The notes under the pieces were generated by a model that was not told the origin of the DNA, did not search any database, and saw only the letters and a list, made by a program, of their open reading frames with translations. Below, piece after piece: positions 44,501 to 54,703 of a stretch of DNA of 64,000 bases. This DNA is from a virus. Every line of letters starts with the position of its first letter. Position 1 is the first letter of the stretch. The stretch covers positions 1 through 64,000 of IMG/VR virus record IMGVR_UViG_3300019124_000038. One strand, 5' to 3'. The translations under genes and the position numbers were made by a program.

Positions 44501-47140
44501 TACAATGGTACAAAGGTAGAAGTGTCTACCGATGGGGTTAGTTGGACTACCGTGTATGACCAGACAATCTCTGGTGGGTATGCGGAGACACCAGAAGGTA
44601 AGACGATCATATTCCCTTCTTGCCCTGCCCGTTTCGTGAGATTTTGGTCTAATGGTAGCTCGGCGAATGAGTTCAATCATTGGGTAGAGTTGCAGGTATT
44701 CGGAGACTGGAAACTAGAGATGGCTCCAACTACGACCATTCTTGTGAATGGTGTCCCTACTCAGGCTCCGATGACCAACAATGGGACACACATCACTACG
44801 GATGTGGCACAGGCTTATGTCGAGTACAACATAGACATTGAGTTTCTGTCTGACTGGTACTATACCTATATCTCAGGCGCAGAGTATGGTACTTGCCGTC
44901 TCTATATTGACGATGCCTCTCAAAAGAGAATCGACGGCACTACAAACCTGTATATCTTCCAAAATGGCAACTCTACAATGCCACAGGCATTCCAAGGCTC
45001 CAAGCTCAAAACGGGTCGTCATAAGATTCGTATTGAGCAAAGCTCTGGTAAGATCAGTTTTGACCGTCTCAGATTCGACGACTTCCAATACTACATGAAG
45101 TCTTCAACACTATTTAATTCAGCAGACACTAACTGGAGCAGAGTGAAGCTGGTTCCAGTAAATGCGCGTGGATATGTGGGTCAAGGTCGTCAAACAACTA
45201 GTGGTGCATTTGATACTCCACGGGTTAACCCAAGAACTGGTCAGCCAGATGGTAGCGTTGAAATCAAGTACCGAGTTCGGGTTCGCACCGATCTTATCGG
45301 AGGTGGCACGGCAGTTGCAGGAGTCACCTATGTAACAGGAGTTATCTGTGAAACAGGCAAGCTCCATACGCACTGGAGAAAGTCGCAGTCCTTTGAACGA
45401 TTCCCAAGCGAAATGCTCGAAGAATGGAGCGACAATAAGCCATTTAGTTCGGGTATTCAGACGAAGCATATCGCAGATGGCGCGGTGTTGGGCACAAAGA
45501 TCAAGTCTCAATCTCTGATGGATTGGCACATTAACCCATATGCTAAAATTGCAGAGTTCAAACTTGACCTTAGCTACCCAACACACCCGCACGAAAACAA
45601 GGAAGCTCTTGACTTAATCCTTGGGTTCAGCGGCAATGGGGTCTCGAACTACATGGCACGGGCAGACCATGATCATAACAACCTGTACTACACGAAGATT
45701 GAAATTGACCAGCGTTTAGGGAATGGAGCTGGCGGGTCAGGAGATATCTTAGCTTCTGGTAATAACATCTTCTATGGCACAAACACCTTCATGCAGACTG
45801 TTACGATGATGGGTGATCTCAATGTCAGCGGTAACATCAACTATCACGGAAGTAGCGCGATTATTGGAGACCAATCTATAACTGGTAGCTTAACGGTTGG
45901 TGGGGCTCTAATCCTAAATCAACAAGCTACAATGGAAAACCATGCGGTTCGCGCAGATCGTCGAGTTAATGCTGGAGCTGGCTTAACTGGCGGCGGTAAC
46001 TTGACCACAGATGTGACTCTCTCTGTGGCATTCTCTGGCAACGGTTCATCGTATATGGCTTCACACAGCGACCATAATCACGATAACTGGTATGTTCGAA
46101 CAGATAGAGAGAACCAGACTGTTAAAAATGGACTTACCATGACAAATGGAACAATGTACCTCGGCACAAACAGCTCTGGCAATAGCGGATCACTTGTTCT
46201 GAGAAACAACTTGGGGCTTACATCCATTCAGATTGATGGTGCTGGAAGTGGAATGATCTCTGGTGTGAAATCCTATATTGGAGCTGATGGATCGGCTAAA
46301 TTCGCTTCGATTGTGCAAGTCGGAAGCCTAAAAGTCGATGATTCGACTCTTGTGCAAAAACTGAACGCTCAATTCTTGAACGGTAAAAGGGATACCGATT
46401 TTGTTGATACTCTGTCAATTGTAGAGAACTTGGGGTCAGGTGTGCTTAATGGTCTTGTTATGACACAGACTGCTCCAACACCGACTAACGCTGTGACGAT
46501 CAGTGCAGGTGTTGTGTATACAAAATCGGGTCGTCGCGTATCCATCCCACAGCAGAATGTCACAATTCCTGCGGCAAGTGCGGTTGGAGACCGATATGAT
46601 TATGTATACATTTCTGGTTCATCTGACCCGCTCGGAGATGGTGTGATTAGAGTTCTGTCTGGTGCGGTAGGTGGCTCCTTCCCGACACTTCCTTCAGATG
46701 CTATTCTGCTTGGCTATGTGCATGTAAGAAAGAACAACAACACATTTACTGATGGTAAGGACGGGACACCAAAAGACATCAACAGCCAGAGATACATGAA
46801 GAGTATCTATGCCGACTCGACTGGTTCGTTCGTATCTGGAAGGCTGAAAACAGGTGAGATTACTCCTGTTACGGATGGACAGCCAATTGGCATTGGTGGT
46901 GTTCTCATGCAAAATGGAGCGTCATTTGCAGGAGAGGTTCTAATTCCAGCAGGTCAGACAGTAGTGGAAGTTGTTCATGGCTACGATTCATTGCCTGACT
47001 ACTATATCTTCTTATCCTGCAATTCTCCACATCGGCATGTGTACTGGAACAAGACCGATGTTGACAGGTTTGAAATCTGTCTTGATGATGCATATGACTA
47101 TCCTGTTACTGTCAACTGGTTCATTGTAGGAACGGCATAA
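41555..47140 (+). CDS. large tail fibre/spike: beta-helix repeats, YVTN-like propeller, discoidin domain
   Basis: 10-aa I.A..IT..K repeats, V.VG..P repeats, WVQLDLG/STDGVSW/RFVR. Confidence 0.8.
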   Translation: MTNSRFLMYESTNDRFTKTMTDYGQIVQIISEQYINVNIQGARDANGEMVILEQVAVAGDYVPKLGDWVGIEWRNGQPVAIGTNNTAAGINDINNNVKIISPQDMTNNVVKSNHIQAESILARHIKAGEIQADHISANSIDATKIKAGEITSVHISANSIDTMHIKADAVTATQISANSVVAEKIASGAITTEKIAAGAITAVQISANAIDATRMKVGTITAASGILASASVGTANIIDGSITNAKIGNAEITGAKIANATIDTAQIKDAAITNAKIQDVSAGKITTGYLDTARIQAGSITGDLISANTITGDKIAARTIESGQIKAGAITTTELAAGSVTAEKIKAGTITGEQIHAGSISTEHISTVGLDARSIKIYNGDSGETLLGSGYIRVDGFDVGVVQSDNLVSNGLFLINSKDWGLRRKNIEGEPILGLGNSASGGNTIWAYDLLTTPPTLVTDSLLAGKKPACILISQDGTTAYVSNQGDGTVSKLNLMSGAEVATLSTGKEPTVMKFTSDGRYILVLNSDLNSQSSPDTVAVIDTITFTVVKELIVGSTPFDIVVSGNTAYISTGIDGDIYILETDEMKVVGAIPTGKLAYPTGMELSTDGVFVYVSHSLLDEVGKYDINSGELVTTVPVGDTPSFIERHNGKLYVAASGSNKVAVIDEVTFTVEASIDAGVKPVGLAVNPYAGTAGYLFVASSGINKVLIVDMAINAVIGYLDAGANVLNLAFSPDYRYLYMTNNGDSSFISFTYPEGDFIGDAYVSADGTTKYYGADYWMPNRSDRVIDGSGNIIGAASVEFHIGEPKNNEGGYAKLLVAGGVNQYAYIEQDIFGVTNFSDGVSPTGTWFKYHNISAQMMAQQPVAPNIVTKLEVDELVPKFIVVEDTQTVPFTPLADGVNQEYEGLVLSAMTNRALNLPTTSITSSDPAATGFEKLVDGSHFDYESNVSLASGNQWVQLDLGDLYMVNTVKMWRYYGDGRTYNGTKVEVSTDGVSWTTVYDQTISGGYAETPEGKTIIFPSCPARFVRFWSNGSSANEFNHWVELQVFGDWKLEMAPTTTILVNGVPTQAPMTNNGTHITTDVAQAYVEYNIDIEFLSDWYYTYISGAEYGTCRLYIDDASQKRIDGTTNLYIFQNGNSTMPQAFQGSKLKTGRHKIRIEQSSGKISFDRLRFDDFQYYMKSSTLFNSADTNWSRVKLVPVNARGYVGQGRQTTSGAFDTPRVNPRTGQPDGSVEIKYRVRVRTDLIGGGTAVAGVTYVTGVICETGKLHTHWRKSQSFERFPSEMLEEWSDNKPFSSGIQTKHIADGAVLGTKIKSQSLMDWHINPYAKIAEFKLDLSYPTHPHENKEALDLILGFSGNGVSNYMARADHDHNNLYYTKIEIDQRLGNGAGGSGDILASGNNIFYGTNTFMQTVTMMGDLNVSGNINYHGSSAIIGDQSITGSLTVGGALILNQQATMENHAVRADRRVNAGAGLTGGGNLTTDVTLSVAFSGNGSSYMASHSDHNHDNWYVRTDRENQTVKNGLTMTNGTMYLGTNSSGNSGSLVLRNNLGLTSIQIDGAGSGMISGVKSYIGADGSAKFASIVQVGSLKVDDSTLVQKLNAQFLNGKRDTDFVDTLSIVENLGSGVLNGLVMTQTAPTPTNAVTISAGVVYTKSGRRVSIPQQNVTIPAASAVGDRYDYVYISGSSDPLGDGVIRVLSGAVGGSFPTLPSDAILLGYVHVRKNNNTFTDGKDGTPKDINSQRYMKSIYADSTGSFVSGRLKTGEITPVTDGQPIGIGGVLMQNGASFAGEVLIPAGQTVVEVVHGYDSLPDYYIFLSCNSPHRHVYWNKTDVDRFEICLDDAYDYPVTVNWFIVGTA

Positions 47141-47159
47141 GCGCATCAACACACAATGA

Positions 47160-47197
47160 CCTCGCAGTATATGTAAGTACTGCGGGGTTTTCTTTTT
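47160..47197 (+). terminator. intrinsic terminator
   Basis: CCTCGCAGTA/TACTGCGGGG plus T-run. Confidence 0.75.
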
Positions 47198-47211
47198 AAG
47201 GAGGGGACACA

Positions 47212-47955
47212 ATGTCCAATGCACATAAGGTAAGTTTGTTGCCTTTGAAGAATCAACTGGTAGGAGTGCCTTTTGATTCGTTTCATCTTTGTGTGGATGA
47301 AAACTCATTCGGAATTCAGTATGGAGACATGGTACTACCGTCTGTTCAAAGTGGAGTCACAATTACAAACGGTAGGTTCTGGATGGCAACACGTATACCG
47401 CAGAACAGTCAATTATTCTACCCCACCTCGATTCTCAATCCAAATGGCTCAACTATTTCTGGTTGGTTCATGTGTCCACAAATTCACCAATCATCTAGTG
47501 GAAACATGGGGATTCAAGGCAACTGGTATCTTCCAATTATTGAGATTGCGCCTACGGAAAACAAAGGGACAGTCGGATACTTGTCGATTATGGTAGAGCC
47601 TGATGCCGCTGGTTATTCACGAAGAGTAGTGCTTGCTTTGCCAAACAATACCTCATATACAACAGGAAAGCAAATTGAAAACAACACATGGTATCACTTC
47701 GCTATTGTATTTAATAAAGATCAATACATCTTGTACATCAATGGGAAAGTAGAACACGCTATCGCCAATTGTTCTGCTGTTAGCCTATCGACCTCTATGC
47801 TTATGATCGGTGGTGGATATAGGGGTCAACCTAATATCGTAATGGATGAAATTCTAGTGGATAGATTCATGAGAACAAGTGACGAGATTGAAATGTTCTA
47901 CAATGCTAATCAGCCGTTCTACAACCCATATGACTATAGGATTTACGCATACTAA
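47212..47955 (+). CDS. LamG/concanavalin-like tail-associated protein
   Basis: TISGWF, WYHFAIV, LYING, MDEI. Confidence 0.75.
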   Translation: MSNAHKVSLLPLKNQLVGVPFDSFHLCVDENSFGIQYGDMVLPSVQSGVTITNGRFWMATRIPQNSQLFYPTSILNPNGSTISGWFMCPQIHQSSSGNMGIQGNWYLPIIEIAPTENKGTVGYLSIMVEPDAAGYSRRVVLALPNNTSYTTGKQIENNTWYHFAIVFNKDQYILYINGKVEHAIANCSAVSLSTSMLMIGGGYRGQPNIVMDEILVDRFMRTSDEIEMFYNANQPFYNPYDYRIYAY

Positions 47956-47974
47956 CGGAAAGGATGGATGATAC

Positions 47975-50900
47975 ATGTCACAGGCACATAAAGGCAGTCA
48001 TCTTTTACTCAAAAATGTTGTGGTGGGTGTTGACAACTACACATCATTTTTGGCTCACTACGACATTACGGAGTATGATGTATTGCGCGGTATTACGCCT
48101 TTGTCTGGAAACTATGTTCTGTTCCCGTATGAGGGAAAATTCGGTGGTGGTATTTCTCTGGAAGCGGCTACAACGAATCTGCTTGCTGGCGGGATCACAT
48201 CTGTAGGCGTTACTTCTGGAAACAACTACACATTCAGTGTATACAGTACACCATCCTCAAACTCGTCTACAATCGAAGGGTTCATGTTCAACTCATCTAC
48301 GAACTCTTTCTCTGGTACAAAAACTGGCGTAACTGTAGCCAATGCGAAGCTGATTCAGCAACGATCTGGCGTAGACTTTTCTCAGATTTTATCAGCTAAC
48401 GCGGCAGGAACAACAGTTGAAAATACTGCCGTAAGCGGCTCCACAATTGTACTCGATAGGGGTACAAATCTGTCGCAGTCATATGGAGCAGGAACATGGG
48501 ACGGGACAATGAATGATCTAACTGGCTCTGGTCCACTTGCGCTTCAAAAAGAGGGATTAGACCTAACAATTGTTCAGACAGATTTAAATAGTGGATTCGG
48601 TAGCGGAACCTTGACCGACGCTGTTGTCTCTACTGATAGAGTTACATTGGCAAAACAGGGTACTAATGTAAGCAAAATTGCTGATCTTCAAGCCGATTGG
48701 CAAGCTGGTTCTCTCGTTGGCATGGATGCCACGTCAACACCAAATAGCATTAAGCTGTCTAGCGCAACTCGTAGCGGATGGCAGTCAACTCTTGGAGCGT
48801 GGGGATATCGTAAGCCGATTTCTCTCCAGAATATCACAGCCTACAGCAAAAACGGAGAACCAGTTCGTCTCACGATCAGTTCTTCGAGCATCAAGGCTGG
48901 CGGGGCAGATATCCGTGTCGTAGACAACTCAGGTAACATCATTTCTCATCGTATTGTTTCCGCTAACGACGCAACAAAAAACTATACGATTCAGTTTGAG
49001 ACACGAACTATTCCTGCCAATAGTGTGGTAACATACTATGTCTATTATGGAAATGCCAATGCAACTTCCACAAGCGTAACTAATATGGAAACCAACTACG
49101 AGCCCATTACTACATTTAGCAGTTCTGGAGGCGCAGTTCATTCGCACTACTCTATCTGGAGGAACAACAACTACTACGAAACCTACAATGCAAATGGAGT
49201 CACTTTAATTGGTAGTTCTGATGACTCGGCGTACAACACTGTGGCGAACTTCCTATTCCCATATTGGAACGGAACTTCATTAGTGACAATTAACACTCTG
49301 ATTGGCTCTACAAATGGTCGTATGCACATGACTTCGAACGGTGCGTCGGCAACCGCTCTACCGTATAATGACACAGTAAACAACTATTACTTCGTAGGTC
49401 TCATCAATCTCGACCAAGTAGGTGCTGTTTATGCTGGTGCTGTGCCAGCTCAGGGGAATCAAACTGCTGGATGGAAAGTCTCTCATAACGCACATGACTA
49501 CAATGATACAACATATCGTCCAGCTTCCACGGTTGTTTTCCCATCTGGTCGTATTCAAATCAGCATTACGCTTGGCAGATCATACACAAATGGTTCTTCT
49601 GGCGGCGGGGTAGGATTGAAACTTGGGAATGCGAACTGGCTAACATGGAACTATAATCACGGAGATTGCTATGTGGCTATTCTTGAACCAGTGATCCAGT
49701 CCCAAGGGGCAGAAGAATCGTCTATCGCTTATACGACTAGTGGTGCTTGGATTTCTCCTGTGTGGGATGTTAGTGCAACCGTATTGCCAATTAGCTCATT
49801 GTATAGCGTAACCACAACCTCTCTTCCTGCTGGTACATCAATTACATTGGATGTAAAAACATCTCCAAACAACATCACTTGGACGGATTGGATTAGAGCA
49901 TCTGCCAATAATGTTCCATATGATAAGTACATCCAAGTACGATTGAATGTTACTGGAGACGGAACTTCTACGCCAGTGATTGATAAACTGATGGTTAGTT
50001 ACACAGCAGGATACTATGCATCGGGCACTTTCCTATCTGCTCCAATTGATCTATCGACAGTAGTAAAATCAAATGGAGTTGCAACAACATTATGGGGAGG
50101 AAGTTTGCCAACTGGCACATCTATTGTGGTCGAATATTCTATCGCACTAGATGGGGCTAACTATGGAGCGTGGAAGCCAATTGTCGGCACGACTTCCATC
50201 ACAGAGATTGCAAAGGGTACAAATCTAACTATTGCGAAGATCAAGTATCGCGTAACATTGAATGCAAATTCAGATCGGACTTCAACTCCTACCTTCTCTG
50301 ATATCACATTCAATGTTGGTACTGCTTACAAGACAACTGGGACATGGGTCAGCGCACCATTGAGTCTTAACGCAGTTAAGTGGATTGCCGAATCGTCTGT
50401 ATCGTTCAGTGGGTCTACACCAGCCAGCACAGCAGTCATTGTAGAAACAAGCGTAGATGGCGGAGCAACATGGCAAACAGCAACAAGCGGGAATGCAATC
50501 AGTAATATTCCTGCAAATGGGTCAGGGAATACCGTGTCGGTGCGCGTGTCATTATCCACAACTGACATTGCCATCACTCCAATTATGGCAAATCTTACGC
50601 TGACCGTAGCGGCTCGTTATGCTCCTATTGGCTCGGTTGTATTTGCTCCTATGGATATTAGCTCTGTTCAATGGGCGTACAATTCAACAATCACATGGGT
50701 TAATAATGTTCCATCTGGAACAGCAGTAACGGTTTCTGGTCAGCTTTCAACGGATGGTGGATCAACTTATGGTGAATGGCAGGTACTTACTTCTGGATTG
50801 CCGTTCCTTGGTATCGTCAATAGGTTTGACGCTACCAACGCGAGAGTTAAGTTTAAAGTAGACCTTACTCCAAGCACAGATGGATCAGTAACACCTTCGC

Positions 50901-51850
50901 TTTCAACAGTTTCAACAAGTATTTACTCTGGGTATATTCCTACTGGCTCATACCAGACTGACCCGATCACTGTTACTGTTAAGGGCGATACTGTAAGTCT
51001 TGTTGCTTTGGCAAATCCAGTTGTTTCAAATTCCACAGCTACTCAACCATCTGCAATGTTCTACTACTCAAAGAACAATGAGGAATGGGTGCAAGTTGCG
51101 TCTGGTAGTGAAATTCCGCTTGCTGTAGGAGATACCATCAAGTTAAAGGTTGATGTTGACGCTGGTTCTCATATTAACAACTACATGAGTGTAGATTATA
51201 TTCGTATTGATACTAAGCTCGTCGGAGCATACCCAAACAGAAAAACAATGACATTCAAACCTTACCCACAAACTAGCCCGCTGAAATTCGTCAAGAATGG
51301 AACATTCAACTGGCAGTTGGAGAGTGGCACTTTGTCTACTGGGTATTCCGATAGTACAAGACCAGAGGGGAAAATCTCTTACCCAACAGATGGGGTTCTT
51401 AGTACGCAAGCTGGTACAATTTCACTTTGGTTTAAGCCAAGCGGAAGCTCTTCAGACGGAACGCTCTTCTATGTAAACTCAAATGTGTATCAGATGACAT
51501 ATGAGAGCGGAGGAGTAAAAATGAACGATACTACAGTATCGACAGAGATCACGCCTAATGGGTGGTACAATGTCGTCTATAGGTGGGATGTTTCAGCTAG
51601 TGACAAACAATATCTCTTCCTATTCGACGAGAACGGAGATATCATAGGAGCAGATAGTTCATCACTGACTCCTCCAGCGTTAACAAATTACACACAGTTT
51701 TTTGTTGGTAGCAACGGCATCCTTGCTGGCAATGTCATGATTGATGAACTCCGTATTGATCTGATCGCTCGGACAGACGAAGAGATCGAGTCATGGGCAT
51801 ATTGCGGGAATCCATTTTACCCAAGAGGAGTCTTCGGGGCGGCATACTAA
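47975..51850 (+). CDS. large receptor-binding/fibre protein (DUF2341-like + LamG)
   Basis: WGYRKPI..DIRVVD..YVYYGN; repeated SG.W.S modules; C-terminal GTISLWFKP..IDELRI. Confidence 0.75.
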   Translation: MSQAHKGSHLLLKNVVVGVDNYTSFLAHYDITEYDVLRGITPLSGNYVLFPYEGKFGGGISLEAATTNLLAGGITSVGVTSGNNYTFSVYSTPSSNSSTIEGFMFNSSTNSFSGTKTGVTVANAKLIQQRSGVDFSQILSANAAGTTVENTAVSGSTIVLDRGTNLSQSYGAGTWDGTMNDLTGSGPLALQKEGLDLTIVQTDLNSGFGSGTLTDAVVSTDRVTLAKQGTNVSKIADLQADWQAGSLVGMDATSTPNSIKLSSATRSGWQSTLGAWGYRKPISLQNITAYSKNGEPVRLTISSSSIKAGGADIRVVDNSGNIISHRIVSANDATKNYTIQFETRTIPANSVVTYYVYYGNANATSTSVTNMETNYEPITTFSSSGGAVHSHYSIWRNNNYYETYNANGVTLIGSSDDSAYNTVANFLFPYWNGTSLVTINTLIGSTNGRMHMTSNGASATALPYNDTVNNYYFVGLINLDQVGAVYAGAVPAQGNQTAGWKVSHNAHDYNDTTYRPASTVVFPSGRIQISITLGRSYTNGSSGGGVGLKLGNANWLTWNYNHGDCYVAILEPVIQSQGAEESSIAYTTSGAWISPVWDVSATVLPISSLYSVTTTSLPAGTSITLDVKTSPNNITWTDWIRASANNVPYDKYIQVRLNVTGDGTSTPVIDKLMVSYTAGYYASGTFLSAPIDLSTVVKSNGVATTLWGGSLPTGTSIVVEYSIALDGANYGAWKPIVGTTSITEIAKGTNLTIAKIKYRVTLNANSDRTSTPTFSDITFNVGTAYKTTGTWVSAPLSLNAVKWIAESSVSFSGSTPASTAVIVETSVDGGATWQTATSGNAISNIPANGSGNTVSVRVSLSTTDIAITPIMANLTLTVAARYAPIGSVVFAPMDISSVQWAYNSTITWVNNVPSGTAVTVSGQLSTDGGSTYGEWQVLTSGLPFLGIVNRFDATNARVKFKVDLTPSTDGSVTPSLSTVSTSIYSGYIPTGSYQTDPITVTVKGDTVSLVALANPVVSNSTATQPSAMFYYSKNNEEWVQVASGSEIPLAVGDTIKLKVDVDAGSHINNYMSVDYIRIDTKLVGAYPNRKTMTFKPYPQTSPLKFVKNGTFNWQLESGTLSTGYSDSTRPEGKISYPTDGVLSTQAGTISLWFKPSGSSSDGTLFYVNSNVYQMTYESGGVKMNDTTVSTEITPNGWYNVVYRWDVSASDKQYLFLFDENGDIIGADSSSLTPPALTNYTQFFVGSNGILAGNVMIDELRIDLIARTDEEIESWAYCGNPFYPRGVFGAAY

Positions 51851-51896
51851 TTGCCGCCCTTTGAAGTATAAGTAGGGTACAAAGGAGGTCGAGATA

Positions 51897-52997
51897 ATGC
51901 TTCAACCACGACAACTATTGTCGCAAGCCAATCTAAATACGGCGTTCATCTCTAGGTCGGATACAGCAGATCAGTCCGTTGCAAGTAACTTGCAAGTTGG
52001 TGGCGGTCGCATTACGCTCAAAAATTCGATTCTAAGCGATAGCTCTAGTGCTAGTTACATGCAGATCAACCCGCAGGGAAGTCTTTTGATCGTGTACGAT
52101 GGCGTTACAGATATGGACTTACGGGTTTACTCACGAAGCGGTACACAGTATCTTAGCATGAAGACTTACGGCGGTACTGATCCTTTTGGTCAGATTGAAG
52201 CCAACGGCGTAAATCGGCTAGAGATCAACACGGCAAACAACTTGCCAGTAAAGTTCGGCTCAGGAATGATTACAACATCTGGTGCTGTAAAGATCAATAG
52301 ATCAAGCGATCATATCCAGCTTGCAGATGGACTAGGAAACGCAAAGTACCGTATGCAGTTTAATGAATCATCTGGTAGGTTTGACATTTCCGAAGTCGGA
52401 ATTGGGTTTCCATTCAAACTTGAAGCAGGACTTGTGGCCAAGACTGCAAACAACACACTTGACGCTGGTAATGGCGATATGGTGGTTTCTGGTCACATGA
52501 CCATTGGGAAGAACCTATATCTCTCGCCAAGCCACAATGTCAAAATGAACGGCACAGCCGATAACCAAGAGTGGAGTTTTGACCTGATGAACCAAAATAC
52601 TTACGCGGGCAATTACTGGCAAGTTTGGTCTGACAAAAATAGTCGAACGGTTCTGGCAGTTACAGGCGACACGGAGAGAGTGGGTGTGGGCACATTCCAG
52701 CCAGCCGCAAAATTTCACGTCAATGACCCAGTTGCGCTTGGTGGAAATGTTGGCAATAAGCGAGATATTGCTGTGTTTGCTATGCCAGTGCAGAACTACC
52801 TCCAGATGAAAGTACAGGCTGTCCGAACGGCGGCAGGAACAGATTGGACAACAGCCGATCTTGTCATCCAGCGAACAACAGATACTACCGATCAAGCAAG
52901 CATTACTCTGGCGGCTGATAATTCAGTTAAAACAAACGCTAAGTTCGTACCGTATCGAATGGTGCTTCCAGTTGGCGCAAATATGTACGCAACTTAA
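51897..52997 (+). CDS. tail fibre protein
   Basis: beta-rich, VGVGT..PAAKFHV fibre motif. Confidence 0.65.
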   Translation: MLQPRQLLSQANLNTAFISRSDTADQSVASNLQVGGGRITLKNSILSDSSSASYMQINPQGSLLIVYDGVTDMDLRVYSRSGTQYLSMKTYGGTDPFGQIEANGVNRLEINTANNLPVKFGSGMITTSGAVKINRSSDHIQLADGLGNAKYRMQFNESSGRFDISEVGIGFPFKLEAGLVAKTANNTLDAGNGDMVVSGHMTIGKNLYLSPSHNVKMNGTADNQEWSFDLMNQNTYAGNYWQVWSDKNSRTVLAVTGDTERVGVGTFQPAAKFHVNDPVALGGNVGNKRDIAVFAMPVQNYLQMKVQAVRTAAGTDWTTADLVIQRTTDTTDQASITLAADNSVKTNAKFVPYRMVLPVGANMYAT

Positions 52998-53054
52998 TGG
53001 AGGGGCAACCCTCCTGAACGTGGGGGAAATTCTAAGACGAAAGGGTGAGTTACG

Positions 53055-53333
53055 GTGTTGGATGCTGTTCTACAGGCGATTCAGCCTATCACAGAATTGA
53101 TTCAAACTTTGGGTTTTCCAACTGCGGTGGCTATTTGGGCACTCTGGCGAATCGACAAGTTCTTCGCTCGGGGCGATAGCTTTCAGACTTCTCTTGACAA
53201 CCTTCAAGAGTCAGTAGATGAATTGCACGTTCTCGTCGAAAAGAACACTGAAATTCAATTTGAGCTGGCGACAACACTTCGATTGCTTATGATGACTCGT
53301 AACTTACATGGTGGTGAAAAAGATGATCGTTGA
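53055..53333 (+). CDS. holin-like membrane protein
   Basis: LGFPTAVAIWAL single TM plus coiled coil; in lysis cluster. Confidence 0.6.
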   Translation: MLDAVLQAIQPITELIQTLGFPTAVAIWALWRIDKFFARGDSFQTSLDNLQESVDELHVLVEKNTEIQFELATTLRLLMMTRNLHGGEKDDR

Positions 53334-53553
53334 GCTGATGTATTTCGGGCTAGGATTCTTGTTCGCTCTGGCATTTAAGTACGAAGTCGATCAACGCAAG
53401 AGTGCGCGTAAGATCGCCAAGAGAGCAGGGTATATCCGTACTGTCGCTTCCAGCAATAAAGTGCAGGAAAGTGACGATGTGCTTGCTACCATTCGGCACA
53501 TCAATGAGGGCTTGTCGGCTCTTAACAACAACCAAGGCAAAGGGGCGCGATAA
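53323..53553 (+). CDS. small membrane protein
   Basis: N-terminal TM; overlaps the previous gene's end. Confidence 0.6.
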   Translation: MIVELMYFGLGFLFALAFKYEVDQRKSARKIAKRAGYIRTVASSNKVQESDDVLATIRHINEGLSALNNNQGKGAR

Positions 53554-53556
53554 GAG

Positions 53557-53865
53557 ATGTTCCTGCTTCTCATTTATGCTGTTTCTGCAATTGCTTGGGG
53601 CTTAGTTTTCTGGCAATTGAGTAAAACGGTATTTCACAACAACAAGCATGGCTTAGAGAATCCACCTCTTTTGATTCCTCTCGCCATTGCAACCTTCGCC
53701 ATTTTAGTAGAGAGTATCTACTTCGGCGGTAGTGCGTACTTTATTTTTTTCGGTCATCAAGACTTATTAGAGCTAACAATTCAACAAGAAAATTGGATGA
53801 TTCCAAAGCTACTCATTGCATTCAGCGGAATCCTCCTTTTCTTCAAGTTGAAAAAATCTAGCTAA
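53557..53865 (+). CDS. three-TM membrane protein (holin candidate)
   Basis: three hydrophobic segments; precedes endolysin. Confidence 0.6.
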   Translation: MFLLLIYAVSAIAWGLVFWQLSKTVFHNNKHGLENPPLLIPLAIATFAILVESIYFGGSAYFIFFGHQDLLELTIQQENWMIPKLLIAFSGILLFFKLKKSS

Positions 53866-53885
53866 TCTGAGGAGGGCACAGCAAC

Positions 53886-54605
53886 ATGTCAAAATATCGT
53901 ATTTGCGTAGATGCGGGGCATGGTGGCAAGGACTCGGGTGCGGTCGGGAATGGTCTTTTAGAAAAGAACCTTAATCTGATCGTTTCACTAAAACTTTCGG
54001 AAATTCTCAACAAAGACGACCGCTTCGAGGCAATCCTTACTCGTTCAACAGATGTGTTTGTAGAGTTGAGTGAACGCGCTCGTATTGCGAATAACTTTAG
54101 GGCGCACCTTTTTGTATCTGTGCACTTCAACGCCTACAACCAGAAGGCATTCGGGGTAGAGGTTCTGGACTACAATGGAACTGGCTTAGGTCGCGTAGTT
54201 GGACAGGCTTTTGTTGACATTCTTGAAAAGGAACATGGAGCATTTGATCGTGGTATACGAGCTACCCATAGTGCCTTTGCTGTCATCCGTGAAACTAAGT
54301 GCCCTTCCATTATTACAGAGAGTGCGTTCATCGACAATCCTTTGGATATTCAGAAGTTCGATGAGCCACATGAACTTGCGATTCTGGCATATGACCACTA
54401 CCGAGCTATTTGCGCGGGCTTCGGTGTTCAAGCAAAATCAGAACTGCACCCGAACTACAAGGCTCCCGAGCCAGCGTACGATCATGCAAAAGCCCTCTCA
54501 CAAGCGGCGGCACAGAAACTTGGACTCTCTGACCCTGCATATTGGGAGGAGCGCATCCGTAAAGATCAGTACATCCAATGGTTGTTTGAGAAGATCGTCA
54601 AGTAG
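53886..54605 (+). CDS. endolysin, N-acetylmuramoyl-L-alanine amidase (Amidase_3)
   Basis: DAGHGGKDSGA, EK..NL, SVHFNA, ITESAFIDN. Confidence 0.93.
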   Translation: MSKYRICVDAGHGGKDSGAVGNGLLEKNLNLIVSLKLSEILNKDDRFEAILTRSTDVFVELSERARIANNFRAHLFVSVHFNAYNQKAFGVEVLDYNGTGLGRVVGQAFVDILEKEHGAFDRGIRATHSAFAVIRETKCPSIITESAFIDNPLDIQKFDEPHELAILAYDHYRAICAGFGVQAKSELHPNYKAPEPAYDHAKALSQAAAQKLGLSDPAYWEERIRKDQYIQWLFEKIVK

Positions 54606-54617
54606 TCTGACTATTCC

Positions 54618-54646
54618 TTGACTATGGTAGAATGTTCTATTATAAT
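54618..54646 (+). promoter_or_regulatory. sigma-A-type promoter
   Basis: TTGACT-17 nt-TATAAT. Confidence 0.75.
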
Positions 54647-54703
54647 ATAGGTGTAGTATAAAATTCGACGGCAACATTGGTCGCTAGGAGTTGAACAACT
54701 AAA